From: Octopus vulgaris
Lineage: Eukaryota
DNA: 64,000 nucleotides
NCBI GenBank assembly: GCA_951406725.2
Contig: OX597837.1
Span: 42,532,001 to 42,596,000, forward strand
Direction: 5' to 3'
Every line of letters starts with the position of its first letter. Position 1 is the first letter of the stretch. This document shows positions 13,671 to 27,612 of this stretch, piece by piece. The notes below the pieces were generated by a model that was given only the letters and a program-made list of their open reading frames with translations, was not told the origin of the DNA and did not search any database. A program made the translations under genes and the position numbers.

Positions 13671-14238
13671 AGTGTGTTTGTGTGCATGCACATGTGTTTG
13701 TCCAAGTAAAAGATAAAAGATATCACACTTATTTTTATGTTTGTTACTTATTTTACTGACCCCTTTTTTTCAAACGATTAATTTACAGGGCATAAGCATA
13801 AAACACACAGAGAGGCTTCCTCACAGTCACCAGCAATCAAATTTAATTTGCATCGAGCTTGTGCCTACAAAAGCCATGCCTAATGGAAATTAAATAATAA
13901 AATAAATGTGCAGAAATATTTCTAACAGCTACACCTTGTTATAATTACTGAGTTTCTCAGTGATAGGACAAATTAAAATTTTAAGAAACTTCATATCGTT
14001 ATCTTACAACCAAAACACTTTTCAAGGAGTGTCTTTAATGTACATGTCTGAGAGTGATGGAACTGACAATAAAACCAGTGTTTGGCGAATAACTCTGTAA
14101 TTAAACAACAGGATGTGCCCCGTTTAGTTCATAAGTGTACATAATTGTATAATGGACTTCAAAATGTTTCAACATTAGAAACAGACTTGCAACTACTTAC
14201 ATAAGTTTTATTGTGATGGGGAACTATATATATATGTA

Positions 14239-14274
<36 letters not shown>

Positions 14275-16225
14275 AAGATGGATTCTATTAAAATGCTATG
14301 GAACGAATAGATTAGCTTTATGCAATGAATTCGGAAAGTTGATGCAAAAGCTCGATAAGAGTCGTATTTAAGACAGTATTCAAAGAAAAATGTTCAAACA
14401 TTTATTTTTATCAAGAGCAGCATATTTTAACCATACAAAACTGAAAATAAACTGATCGATAATCTTTTGTATAGAGATATTTAAAAAATGCTAAAAATTT
14501 AAGCATCAAGAAAACATCTTACTTTGTGTTTTCACAAAACATGATTTTTAACAATGTAATTAATATTAGAGAATTGCAAAAATAAATTACTTTAAAATAA
14601 GACAAATGTTCATTCAAAAGCTAAGATAATTAAACCTTTTTTTTTTCTCCAACCATCTATTATTTTGCATAAAATGTGGACAGTTTTCAAAATACACACT
14701 TCTTTATGAGATTGATGATATCATTTGTTGACTATATTTACGCTCATTAATACAATTACTTAGTGTAGTTATAATTATAAAGCCACTAATTTCTTCAGTA
14801 TTTTTAACATTGGTTCGTTATTTGAGATGATTCATGGAAGCAGATGCTCATATAACAGTATTTCTCAAAATGGGTTCCATGAAAAAAAATCTCAGGAGAT
14901 AAGTTTATTAAAACTTAATAAAGATTATTTAATAAAAAAAAATAGTATTTGCTATTTTAAAAATGTTATATGTTACAGTTGTACAAAATATTCTCAAAAT
15001 ATTTTTAGTATTTAACATCTTATCAAAATTAGGGCAACAGAGGTTGCCCTTGGTAACATAGGTACAGGTTCTGTAACATTTGGAAAATTATGTAATGGGT
15101 TCCACAACAAAAGTTAGCCTGCAGTCTTGGATTTAAAATGTGCATGAGAAAATGGGAAGTAGTGTCATTCATTCCTTTACCAATGAACTTAAAACACTTA
15201 ATGAAACAAATCCAGTGGGAAAAACTGAGAAATTATGTCTGTATTATAGAAACAATTGACAACCTCAACTGTGATTTTTGCCACTGAAACCATAAATTAT
15301 GAGATGGGAGTTAATCAGCCCTGGTAAGATTTGAACACAGAATGTTGAGGACCAAAACTAGAAACCCAAATACTCTAAACACTTTCAGTCCAGAACTAAT
15401 GATATTAATATGATTTCTGAAACACAAGGCAGATATTTAATGAAGGTGAGGAAAGCTTAACCAACTGAATTTAATTCCATTATTTGGTTGCTACTTATTG
15501 ATCCCTGAGAAATGAAAGGCAAAGATGACTCTAGAGATTTGATCTCAGGGAGTAAATGACACAAGGTGTACAGCCTGGCTCCCTATCAATTCATCCAGCT
15601 GCTGACCATACGTAATAGTAATAATAATGATTTCTAATTAAGGTTGATAAATGTTTTTTGGAGGCGGGGGATTTATGTATTTGTTTTTTTGTGTTTTTTT
15701 GCAGGATGCAGCTATGGCTGTGTAGGAAGAAGTTTGCTTGCTAATCACATGGTTCTGGGTTCAGTTCCACTACGCCATCTTTTGGGTAATTGTCTTCTAT
15801 TACTAAAACCCCTTAAGGAGGTGCCCCAGCAAGGCCACAATCAAATGACAGAAACAAGTAAAAGAATAAAGGAATATATATATATACATACATACATACA
15901 TGCATGCAGGTAGGTATATAGGTAGATAGATCGATAGATAGATAGACAGACAGACAGAGAGGCAGATAGATAGATATGGTAATTGCAGGAGGCAAAGAGC
16001 AGATTACTCTGTTTGGCCACAATACTCAACCTTCCAATAACAATTTCCTTTAAAGTTTTATTTATCAATAAAACACACACACATTCAACTTTCTGCATGC
16101 TAGTTTCCTACTTTAATTTATCAAATAAACAACGCCTGATCGTAATGTAAATTCCAACATACTTTTGAACTATACGTTTAGGATTTGGATTCTGTTCCAC
16201 CTTTTAGATGATAATGACTCTCTCT

Positions 16226-16256
16226 CTTTCTCCTTCTCTCTCTCTCTCTCTCTCAA

Positions 16257-16326
<70 letters not shown>

Positions 16327-16560
16327 ATTATATATATGTATGTATGTATGCATGCATGTATATCAGCAGGCTTTCATATATACATACATATGCACATATA
16401 TGTATCTGCATGTAATGTATATGTATGTATGTATGTATATATATATATATGTATGTATGTATGTATGTATGCATGTATATCTGTGTTTTCAGATATATAT
16501 ATATATATATATATAAATGTGTGTGTGTGTGTGTATGTATGCATGCATATCATGTGTGTT

Positions 16561-16599
<39 letters not shown>

Positions 16600-16654
16600 A
16601 TGTATGTATGCATGCATGCATGCATGTATATCTGTGTTTTCATATACATATATA

Positions 16655-16740
<86 letters not shown>
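16226..16740. repeat. Long compound (CT)/(TA)/(TG)/(TATG) microsatellite with internal block duplications
   Basis: Direct reading. GCATGTATATCTGTGTTTTCA recurs. Confidence 0.95.
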
Positions 16741-16741
<1 letters not shown>

Positions 16742-17137
16742 AGTTAGCATGAAATGAAACCTGTGCCCTCATCAGATAGCCAGGTTCTCTCAGAACCTCA
16801 TTTCGGAAATTTATCACATAGCTTGCTTACTCCTGAGATGCTGGTAATCAACTGTTTGGCACATTGCTTTTATCTCAGCTTTACCGCTTGTATTAGGTAA
16901 TTTACAAAGCCATTGAAGAGATATCAACAAAACATGCACACGAAATCCTGCTACACACTCCACACATAATAGGAAAATACCGACACAGTTGAAATTCCTG
17001 CTGGCCAACTACGGATTTCAACTTTAAAGATTGATCTAGTATGATTATTTGAGATATACTGGAGAAGATTGCTATCACTCTGAATTTAAGTCTAACATTA
17101 ACTATGCCTTTGTATGTGTGTATATTTTCACTCATGC

Positions 17138-17180
<43 letters not shown>

Positions 17181-17504
17181 TGTGCAAACCCACATGTATT
17201 TATAGATGTATATAGAAGCAGGACAATTCCTATTTGCCTGAGTAAATCTAGCTGTAGGGGATTGATATCAAATATCGTAAGAATGTTGCCTGCGATTGAA
17301 TGGAATCCACAACAGAGGTAGAATAACCTCTCATCTGCATAATACTACAGATATTGAAACTAATCATTGACTTTATAAAGCCCTCGTGATTTATGGAAAC
17401 ATCTTTATCGTGCACACACAAATACATCGTACACTGTAAATACACAGTTCATCCATAAAATGAATTAACCTATTTGTTCCATGGTGCATTATAGGAAACA
17501 TGTG

Positions 17505-17725
17505 TACATATTGTACATATATATATATATATATGTATGTATATGTATGTATATATATATGTATATATATATACATGTATATATATGTATGTATATATAT
17601 ATACACATATATATATGTATGTATATATACACATATATATATGTATATATATATACACATATATATATGTATATATATACACATATATATGTATATATAT
17701 ATATACACATATATATATATATATA

Positions 17726-17817
<92 letters not shown>

Positions 17818-17865
17818 GTATGTATATATGTATATACATATGTATATATATATATATATGTATAA
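17505..17865. repeat. (TA)n-based microsatellite
   Basis: Direct reading. Confidence 0.95.
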
Positions 17866-18236
17866 TTATAAGCACCTGTCAAGCAATCTGTAACATGATT
17901 TTATTTTTTTAATCACATCACTAATGTGAAAAGAACAGAATGAATGTCACAACTTCCATTAATAATTTGCTTGAAATATAGAGTCTTCACGGACAAGAGA
18001 TCACTGAGTAGTAAATGAAATAGCAGTGGATTTACAGCATTTAATCCTCTCTCCCTCTCTCTTTTCCTTCACTCTAATAACCTGCTTGTTATTACATCTG
18101 ACTACACACACTTCCATTCTTAAACTCTTCTGTGAATTTTAAGCATAAACCTCATCCAGCAAGCAGCCTACATAGACAGTTCACACTAAATCTGCATTAT
18201 ATCTACAAATATCCTGCAATGAGGAAATGATAACCT

Positions 18237-18280
<44 letters not shown>

Positions 18281-18613
18281 TACCACCGTCTTCCTCTGCG
18301 TTGCTCATTTATCAAAAAAATCAAAAAGTCATAGTGACAAAGAGACACACATATCACAGAAACACAGATTTCAAAATTACAACCTTGCTTCTCACAAACA
18401 CACTACTTACTACAACCTGTCTGTGAACTGTCTTTAAGATACACTTCATCCCATAATTTCTACAGCAAGTGTGGCACCTTGGGCAAGTGTCTTCTACAAT
18501 AACCTCACATTGACTAAAGCTTTGTGGGTGGATGTGATAGATGGAAACTGAAAGAATCCCATCGTGTTTGTGCATGTGTGTATGACTTTATACACACACA
18601 CACACACACACAG

Positions 18614-18910
18614 TGAAGGTCTGTGGTTTAGTGGTTAGAGTATTCAGCTTACACTCATAAAGATTTGGAGTTCAATTCCTAGCAATGTGTTGTGTCCTTG
18701 AGCAATGGAAACTTTATTTCGCATTTCTCCAGTCTTCTCAGCTGACAAAAATAAATTGTGGTTGTAATTGAAAAGGGCCAGCCTTGTCACGTTCTGTGTC
18801 ACACCGAATCTCCTTGAGAATTGCGCTAAGGGTACATGTGTCTGTGGAGAGGAGTGATCAGCCACTTGCTTATTAATTTCATGCATTTCCATTGATCGAA
18901 TCAAGTGGAG
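18614..18910 (+). mobile_element. tRNA-derived SINE, family D (CORE-like GTGTCCTTGAGCAA…)
   Basis: TGGTTTAGTGGTTAGAG (A box), GAGTTCAATTCC (B box), TGTGTTGTGTCCTTGAGCAA. Related copies at 34487, 50290 and 51125. Confidence 0.75.
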
Positions 18911-19186
18911 CCAGGCCCTTTAGACACACATGTATTTATGTATGTATGTGTGTGTGAATGTTTGAGTTTCTCTGACATGACATCACAAGACAGTTGTAAA
19001 TGGACGTTGTTCATTTCCAATGTTCCACAAAAACATATCTGGCCATGGGGAAATAATGTTTTGCTTGGAAACAGGTATGGGCTGCTAAGGAAAGGCATCC
19101 AGCTATAGAAAATCTACCTCAGTAAGCTCTGTTTAACCCATGCAAGCATGGGAAAATAGACACAGAGACAATCATGATAATATAAA

Positions 19187-19604
19187 TATTTCTTTACTGC
19201 CCACAAGGGGCTACACAGAGAAGGGCCAAACAAGGACAAACAGATTGAGTATATCGACCCCAGTGCGTAACTGGTACTTATTTAATCGACCCCGAAAAGA
19301 AGAAAGGCAAAGTTGACCTCGGCGGAATTTGAACTCAGAAAGTAGCGGCAGACGAAATACCTATTTCTTTACTAACCACAAGGGGCTAAACACAGAGAGG
19401 ACAAACAAGGACGAACAAGGACGAACAAACGGATAAAGTCAATTATATTGACCTCAGTGCGTAACTGGTACTTATTTAATCAACCCCGAAAGGATGAAAG
19501 GCAAAGTCGACCTCGGCGGAATTTGAACTCAGAACGTAGCGGCAGACGAAATACCACTAAGCATTTCGCCCGGCGTTCTAACGATTCTGCCAGGTTGCCG
19601 CCTT
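19187..19604 (-). mobile_element. SINE family B dimer (one head, two bodies)
   Basis: Head AAGGCGGCAACCTGGCAGAATCGTTAG… at the 19604 end. Two bodies are joined at GAAATAG|GTATTTCG (minus strand, 19361/19362). Confidence 0.9.
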
Positions 19605-20367
19605 ATATGATGATGGTATACTAATGATGCAATGATAGACATTGAAACAATGATGATGATATACTTGTGCCAAACTAAGAAGCCTTTATTATGCAGAAGT
19701 GCAAGGAACTGCATCTACAGAGTCCATGATCCTCGGAGAAAGAACTAGTATTCCTGTGCAATATTTAAAACTTTATTAGCTTTGATGTTCAATCTATTAT
19801 TATTATAATTCTTTCTTTTGCAGTTTTTAAGATATAAAAGTTTAATCTCAATATTTAAACAGTCAGCTACAAAGCTCCGACCACCACCAAAACCACCACC
19901 ACAACCACCGACCAGAACAACAACAACAACAATTACAATCAGCATCATTATCAACATGTTAAACTAACACCACCAGCAACAAACAACATCTGCTAAGAAA
20001 ACCCATTTGTTAAAACCCATTTTCTTATATTGCTAGCTAGGTATATTTGAAGTATATTTAAGTGGAAATAAAGCCAAAAGCTTTATTGATGTTGTGTGTG
20101 GTTATGACAGTGTGAGGGGATATATTTTTTCCTGTTTCCTTTCTTTTCTTTTTCTTTTTTCACCTTGTTGAAACCGCAATAATTGTTGGGTTATGTTAGA
20201 GAGTAGTGTAATAATTGAGAAGAAAAGCTGGAAGCCATATTGGATTGAACCTTTATTGTATTGGGAATAAATGTTTCAAGTATTTTGGAGAGTTCGGTCT
20301 CGTATAATAGATCAGTGGGATGTTGCCAATCAGATTCCTTGGTTCTGGTTGTAATGTCTTAGATTTG

Positions 20368-20507
20368 TATTTGGTTTTGACAAACCATGCTGGGCCAAGT
20401 GTGGTGTGTGTATGCATGTGTGTGTGTGTGTGTGTATACATACATACGTACATATATATACACACACACACACTACTTGGACCAGCGTGCATTGTTAAAA
20501 CCAAATA
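20368..20507. repeat. Imperfect inverted repeat around a microsatellite spacer
   Basis: 20368-20400 matches the reverse complement of 20475-20507 at 28 of 33 positions, extended by (TG)n/(CA)n. Confidence 0.85.
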
Positions 20508-20670
20508 TATATACATATATGCATGTGCATGTGTATATAGTCACAGATATATATATGTGAGTGTGTATATATATATATATATATGTGTCAAAGATAGATA
20601 TAGATATATATGTATATGCGCATATATATATATATATGTATAGTGGGTGATGTGTGTGTGAGTATATATA

Positions 20671-20745
20671 CAGAGCGTCCCAAAAATTTGACATCATTTG
20701 AGATAATTAGGTGATGAAATGATGTAAACGTTTTGGGACACCCTG
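20671..20745. mobile_element. 75-bp Tc1/mariner-type MITE
   Basis: TA|CAGAGCGTCCCAAAAATTTGACATCATTT … AAATGATGTAAACGTTTTGGGACACCCTG|TA. Confidence 0.85.
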
Positions 20746-20755
20746 TATATATATA

Positions 20756-20985
20756 TATTTCTTTACTACCCACAAGGGGCTAAACACAGATGAGACAAAC
20801 AAGGACAGACAAAGGGATTAAGTCGATTACATTGACCCCAGTGCGTAACTCGTACTTAATTTATCGACCCCGGAAGGATGAAAGGCAAAGTCGACCTCGG
20901 CGGAATTTGAATTCGGAACATAACGGCAGACGAAATACGGCAACGCATTTCGCCCGGCATGCTAACGATTCTGTCAGCTCGCCTT
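20756..20985 (-). mobile_element. SINE family B monomer in a (TA)n tract
   Basis: Near-identical to the other family B copies and flanked by TA repeats. Confidence 0.9.
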
Positions 20986-21732
20986 ATATATATATATATA
21001 AAAAAGCATGTGTGTGTACATGTATGTATGTATGTATGTATAAAATATTGCTTCCTTCCTTCTGGGTCCTCAGTTCTAATTCAACCAAGAGTTAACTTTT
21101 ATATGTCACATAGAATCACTCACACTTGTGTCATGTTAAAAACACCCAGCACAAATTGTAAATTGGTTGGCATTAGGAAGGGCATTCAGCCGTAGAAACC
21201 AGGAAATCGGGCCCATGAGCCTGGCTAGGCTTGAAAAGGGCACATAAATAAATAAATAAATATTTCTATCACATTGCAATGTGATGTGAGGGAGATTTGG
21301 CCCCTTTCCTGGCATTTGAATAACTATGCAGAGTCACTCTCACTTTATGCATTCATGTTGTTAAAGCATGCATTTGTGACCCCAAGTTGTTATTTTAAAA
21401 CCATTTTTTCCTTCAGCTATGTCTATTTCTAATCAAAATGTAGTGTGTTTTCTGTGAAGTTGAATGACTACTCTGTCTACCCTAACTGGCTTTGTTATAT
21501 GTGTTAATACTGAAGCATGTACTTATGATGTAGCTGATTGCTTTGACAAGCGTTTTGCAGCTGAAGGTGGATAAGAAGAATTGTCATTTCAATTTTATTT
21601 TAATGTTTACTGAAGTGATATTTTACTTTGAATTTTTGTTGCCATTATTTAACCCTAGGTCACCTACAGTTGAACATATCTATGACCAAATGCATTCATG
21701 CTATGATCATGTCTTTGTTTTATGAATAACAT

Positions 21733-22053
21733 ACTGGCCTCTGTGCCAGTGGCATGTAAAAAGCACCATCAGATCGTGGCTGTTGCCAGCCTCACCTGGC
21801 CTCCGTGCTGGTGGCATGTAAAAAGCACTATCCGATCGTGGCCCTTTGCCAGCCTTGTCTGGCACCTGTGCTGGTGGCACATAAAAAGCACCCACTACAC
21901 TCACAGAGTGGTTGGCGTTAGGAAGGGCATCCAGCCATAGAAACATTGCCAGATCAGACTGGGCCTGGTGCAGCCTTCTGGCTCCCAGACCCCAGTTGAA
22001 CCGTCCAACCCATGCTAGCATGGAAAGCGGACGCTAAACGATGATGATGATGA
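21733..22053 (+). mobile_element. SINE family C (RTE-type tail ending in (GAT)n) with internal ~62-bp repeats
   Basis: GTGGTTGGCGTTAGGAAGGGCATCCAGCC…CCAACCCATGCTAGCATGGAAAGCGGACGCTAAACGATGATGATG. Near-identical to 49557-49880. Confidence 0.9.
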
Positions 22054-23924
22054 TACTCAAGATTGCATAACAAAGTGTCCTTTTTTTTTTTTAAGACAGT
22101 CTTTGAAAGGTAATTGACTTTATTTCTAGCAAAAAGTCTAGGGAGTGCAAAAATGTTCTACCATTGGCTTACTTAGCACAGAAATGAAGAGAGAGAGAGG
22201 TGAACTTGGAGAGAGAGACTGAGAAAGGGAGAAAGTCAGACTTGGGTGAGGTGAGAAAGAGAGATGATGATGATAGACATAGAAAGAGGAAGGAGTGAGA
22301 GACAAAGATAGACACAGATGGAGAGAGACGAAGGCAGACATACTGTGATGAGCAGTTGGATGCTTGCAAATTATATACACTCTGTAGTTAGCAATAACAA
22401 ATGAACAGCAGAGAAATTTGTTATTGTCAATGAGATAATTTGTTACATGAGCAATGACAAGCACCCACCTGAGGATGCAACACAAGTCAATAAGGAAGCC
22501 CAGTTTAGTAAACTACAGCAGTAATCTAAATTTACATTTGTAATTAATATATAGCGCTGGGAGTTAACTGAGAACTGCACACGTAACCAAATACTAAAAT
22601 CCAGTCTGAGATGATTGATGGTGACAGAAAGGTAAGTCAGGTGAGGGTGAGGGCGAGTGCTGTTGGATTCAATAAAAGTGGGTGGGATGAGCAGAGAGTA
22701 AAAAGACTAAAACAGTATTGAGGTTAGATCACAGCGGACAAGTGTGAGATTAATTTGATTGGTCTGCAGAGAAAACAGCAAGAAATTTGTGAGAAAACAG
22801 TGAGAATTCTAACAGCGATATACCACTGAGCTATTATCTCAAGACAGTCAGGTGATGGAGTATGACAACTAATTTGTTATGTAATTCCAAGTTACTCTTT
22901 TACTAGGTTCACTCACTGGACTCCAGCCCATGCTGGGGTACTACTCTGAGGAGTTAGTCAATCTAATAAATGTAGTATTTATATATTTTTTTTAAAAGTC
23001 TGGTACTTGTTTTGTTAGTCTCTTTCTCTCACACTGCTTAGTCATGAGGCTGTAAATGGTGAGAGACAAATATAAACATGCACACGGACATGGGCAGGCA
23101 GGTGGACACGGACACACACACATGCATGCATGCACACACAATGACCTTGTATTTTGAGGGTATGCCATGAGACGTCATCGCTACTGTCTCTTTTCTTTCT
23201 TTCTAGCTAGGGCAGCCATGCATCTTCTTTACAGAAAGATACCTGTTCCTGTCCCCAGAATTATACTTTAACTGCTCAGCACATGGCACAAAGCCACCTT
23301 CCTCAATATCAAATCTCCACACAATCGAGGGGTCTTATCTTGCAAGTTACTTAATGACATCACTAGTGCCAGCATTACAAAGGAAGGCACCCAGTACATA
23401 CTGTAAAGTGGTTGGCATTAGGAAGGCCATCCAGTGAGAGAAACTATGACAATAGTAGACATTGGAGTTCAATGCATTGTCCTCTGTCTCGTCAGATCCT
23501 ATTGAACTATTCAACTCTGAAAACAAGAATTAAACAATGATGAATAGACACACACACACACACACACACACACAGGGTCTTTGTCTACCAAAGTCACTCA
23601 CAAAGGTTTAGCTGGCCTAAGGATTTAATACAAGACACCTATCCAAAGTGTAGCAGAGGGACTAAAACTAGGGTCACAAAGCAAACTTCGTAATCCCATA
23701 ACCACGCGTAACACTACTACGGATGAATGCGATGGTGATAATGTTAGCAATGGTCATTAGTGAGAGAAAATGCTAAAACTATTTTGAAATAGTAACTTTG
23801 AACGCTACCCTATAGAAAAGAATAAGACAATGTTCTAGTGCTATTATTACATACATTTGGTGGACATTAAATTGATAATGATGATGGTTTTAAATGGAAT
23901 GAGTGAAACATTTTTGTTTTTCTT

Positions 23925-24285
23925 TATATTTGTTTCAGTCTTTAGACTGCAGATTTCTAGTATACAGCTTTGAATTTTTAGTCACATGACATGATCCCCA
24001 ATACATTTATTTATTTATTTCATCCCTGGTACTCACTCTATCAATCTCTTTTGTCGGACCACTAAGTTATGGGGATATAAACACACCATTAACAGCTATC
24101 AAGTGGTGGTGGAATGGGGGGGACAAACACAGAAACACACACACATATATATGGGCTTCTTTCAGTTTCCATCAAGCAAATCCACTCGGAAGGCTTTGGT
24201 TGGCCTGAGGCTATAGTGTAAAAAACACTTGCCCAAGGTTCCACAATGTAGTTGGAAGCAATCTTCTTACCACACAGCCATATCT
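23925..24285 (-). mobile_element. SINE family A
   Basis: Reverse complement of the family A tail, body and head. Confidence 0.75.
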
Positions 24286-25180
24286 GTACCTACTTAAAAG
24301 ATTTTCATATAAGAGGAAAGTGCATATGGTTGGGCTTAACTCCGTGGTCCCAGTCAGTATACTACAATAGCTGCTCCACTCAAAAAAACCATATATCAGT
24401 AATAAATATATATCACAATTTGAAATATTTATTTCCTGGTCAATTGTCTGAAGGATAATATAAATAATATATACGTTGAGTTTTCGATTTTCTTCTCTAC
24501 TTTCTCAGTCAATTGTCTTATGAATAAATAATATTCTCCATAATAGAATTATGTCTTCAATTTCGTTCCATAGTTTATCAGTCAATGAATAATATAAATG
24601 TTGTGTGTGTTTTATAATAGTCTCTGCCTTCAATCTTGCTCCATAGTTTAACATTACACACACAGACAGAAACAGAACGTTATAGCTTATTCAGTCAATA
24701 AAAGGTATTTCTTTAGAAATTAGATATAGCAACTTGAAATATACACATGCTGTTCCCTAGTGGACAATTATTACAAGGAAGATAATCATTTCGCCATAAT
24801 ATTTGGTGGAATTACAAATTTGAAATTAAAGAATAAGGAAAAAGATACACGGAATACACATGATTAATTTTCTTTCTTTCTTGCTTGCTTATTTATTATG
24901 AAGTTCTTGAAATTTCAAGTCAGTAGACATCATGTATAGCACTCTTTCACTCTTATTAGAAATCCCCAGCATGATAGAACCGAATATATATATTGATTAA
25001 ACATTTTATGAAATAAGACATTTCTCATACATGGAAAATAATTACAACCTGGAAGAAATTTGCTTTTTCCCCTCTTCACTGAACATTAGCAGTTTAACAA
25101 TCAAGAGAAAAGGGAGAGAAGATCCTTAATGTCTTCATACAGGGTAACTGTTTCCGGAGATTTCTACCTTGTGAAGGTAC

Positions 25181-25402
25181 CTGGCAGAAACGTTAGCACG
25201 CCGGGCGAAATGCATAGCCGTATTTCTTCTGCCATTATGTTCTGAGTTCAATTTCCACCGAGGTCGACTTTGCCTTTCATCCTTTCGGGGTCGATAAATT
25301 AAGTACCAGTTACGCACTGGGGTCGATATAATTGACTTAATCCGTTTGTCTGTCCTTGTTTGTTCCCTCTGTGTTTAGCTCCTTGTTGGTAGTAAAGAAA
25401 TT
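25181..25402 (+). mobile_element. SINE family B, slightly 5'-truncated, TSD GGTACCT
   Basis: GGTACCT at 25176-25182 and 25403-25409. Confidence 0.9.
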
Positions 25403-25841
25403 GGTACCTTACAGAAGCCAATATTTTAGTTTTAACTACAAACAAAATTCCCAAGTCATTTTTGATATTCTTTGAGATGTAAGTATAGGTTTCCAGCTGC
25501 TATTATATAATAGTAATTCCTCGTTAAGATTTACAGTGGGCAATGGTGCCCACTGAATGATGTGTAAAAGCCCATAATGATGTATAAAAAATATGAGGAA
25601 AGAAAACATGCATTTGTCATGCAATACTATTTTTTCTCAACCTAGTTGGGTAATGGCCATGGCTTTTGCAAGCCTTCCTAGACTGGTGAAGCCTAGAGGG
25701 AAATCATCAATTCAAAAGGCTTTTAAGAAGAAAGATTGAATAAAGTAGGTTTTTTTTTAGTCAGCCATTTACAGGATGAAACAAAATGTATTCTACTGAT
25801 ATGAAATCCAGACTTTATAGCAAGAAATTTAGAAATATTAA

Positions 25842-26074
25842 CTCTTTTGATGCCATATTTTTTTTTATTAAACTACACAACTTTTAATTTTTATTAAAAT
25901 TAATTTCGAAAATAAGGAAGAATTTAGTAAAATAATTTTGTCAAGATTAAGCAGGTGTTTGGAATTTAAATTAACATAAAGTTGAGATGGGAGGTTTTAA
26001 TTTAGATCGTTTTAAAACAGGAAGTTTGGAGCAGAGAACCAGGGGTGGTCTCAAGCGGGTTGATATCAAAAGGT
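25842..26074 (-). mobile_element. Decayed piggyBac-type MITE related to family 1
   Basis: TTAA flanks, GAATTTAGTAAAATAA core, end GATATCAAAAGGT|TTAA. Confidence 0.65.
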
Positions 26075-27054
26075 TTAATTCTTTCATACGAATCTTAGGA
26101 AAAAGAAACCTCAGTTTTCTACTCTCGGATTTTGAATTTGCAATGATATTTTAACCTTCTCAATGCTAACAAAATTTTCTGGGTATTTCATAGAATGTTA
26201 CACTCAGCAAAGCCAAACATTTCCAAATCAGCTGGCATTTGGTGTTCTATGGAAGGCTTTTCATGCAACTGTATTGCATGAGAGGCTTTTAGAAGGTCAG
26301 AGAAGCATGAAAAAATTGATATTTTCTATGATATAACTCCTGTCAAAAGCCCCACCCCCCATCCCCATCTCTTAGTAAAGTTATTTGAATCAATTGCAAA
26401 CATTTTAATGGAATTTTATTTTATCAATGGTGGGGAAAATGGAACAAACTTCAGTTAAATTTGAACACAAAATGGATTTTTTTTTTTGCTTTCATTTTCC
26501 CAATTTTCAGCTTTGAATAAAATATTCAGTATTTAACATATGCAGTCTGAGAAATCTGTGATAGGATGACAACTTGAATATAGCATGAAGTAATTCACTC
26601 CGAAATAGAGTAACACAAAATAGAATATTATTTTTAACCAACCAAAGTTAAATAAAAAGCAGCATCTATTTCCAGAAGGTATCTCTCAGAAATTAGGTTC
26701 CCCATCTGATGTCAAATACAATTTCAACCTTCAGTAATCTGTCACCTACAGACTGCTTTCTCACTGACAGACACTGTTGTTTCTAAATCTAGCAAACAGG
26801 ATATATTGCTGCTTCCATTCCTCCCTCTCTCTCTTTCTCTTCCTCTCTCTCTCTTTCTCTCCCTCTCTCTCTCTCTTTCAGTCTCTCTCTCTCTCTCTGC
26901 AGAGGCCAGAAGTTCATGGGCTGAAGCCATCATCTAACCATTGCACATCACTCTTAGTTGCTGCCAATGAAGAACAATGCTTCTCCCGGCTTGGTGGTCA
27001 GGAGTTCAAACCTCACTATTTATATTTTGTCACTGATCAATACAAATAAAACTG

Positions 27055-27127
27055 TCAGCATCGGTTTATCGGTTTGTCCAGTGGTGGTGGGGGCTCGGGG
27101 TGGAAGGGGTTAACGCCACGACCACTC
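27055..27127 (-). CDS. Candidate terminal coding exon (xSGRGVNPFHPEPPPPLDKPINRC*)
   Basis: Minus strand TTTTTCCCTTCTGTTAACTAACGATGTAG| acceptor with CTAAC. GC- and CpG-rich unique sequence. Protein-like with NPF and polyproline motifs, but the frame is unproven. Confidence 0.35.
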
Positions 27128-27391
27128 CTACATCGTTAGTTAACAGAAGGGAAAAACACATAGCTGTAAAAAGAAATCACACCCATGGAAAGATACCAAA
27201 ATGACAGGGGAGAAAGAAAAAGAAAAGAAAAAGAAGAAAAGTTTTCACATTTGAGTTGAATAAAAAAAAAAATGATTTATGAAAGGAATCACTTCAACAA
27301 TTCATAATGAAATATGTATATTTTCAAAAGAAACTGAAAAATAAATTACAGCATAAATTTCATTTTGGAATCCAAATGGCTGTCTGGTTAA

Positions 27392-27612
27392 CCCTTTCGT
27401 TACCAACCTGGCTGAAACCGGCCCTGGCTCTGTAGTACAAATGTCTTGTTTCTATCGGTTTTGAATTAAAATCTTCCACCAAACCCTAGTCATAATTTAT
27501 GTTCCTAACACTAACTTAATGATAACTAAGTTATTTTACTAAATTCTTTGTTAAATTTAAAGTAATTGAAAGAAACACAGAGCATCTCAAAATAAATACA
27601 GTAATGAAAGGG
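27392..27612 (+). mobile_element. piggyBac-type MITE family 1, full length, inserted into a family A SINE head
   Basis: TTAA|CCCTTTCGTTAC … GTAATGAAAGGG|TTAA. Flanks rejoin as ATGGCTGTCTGGTTAAGAAGCTTC. Confidence 0.92.

Noticed and set aside
16165-17893. Long YI/CV/HT-rich ORFs here and at 44850-46348, 50540-50978 and 54813-55211
   Set aside because: They are translations of (TA)n, (TG)n and (TACA)n microsatellites.
20790-21095. Recurring peptide YRPRKDERQSRPR (also 25135 and 56913) as a gene family
   Set aside because: It is the antisense translation of family B SINE copies.
26902-27049. Plus-strand exon after CTCTCTGCAG (RPEVHGLK…)
   Set aside because: The acceptor strength comes from a (CT)n microsatellite, the peptide is not recognisable, and there is no supporting donor.
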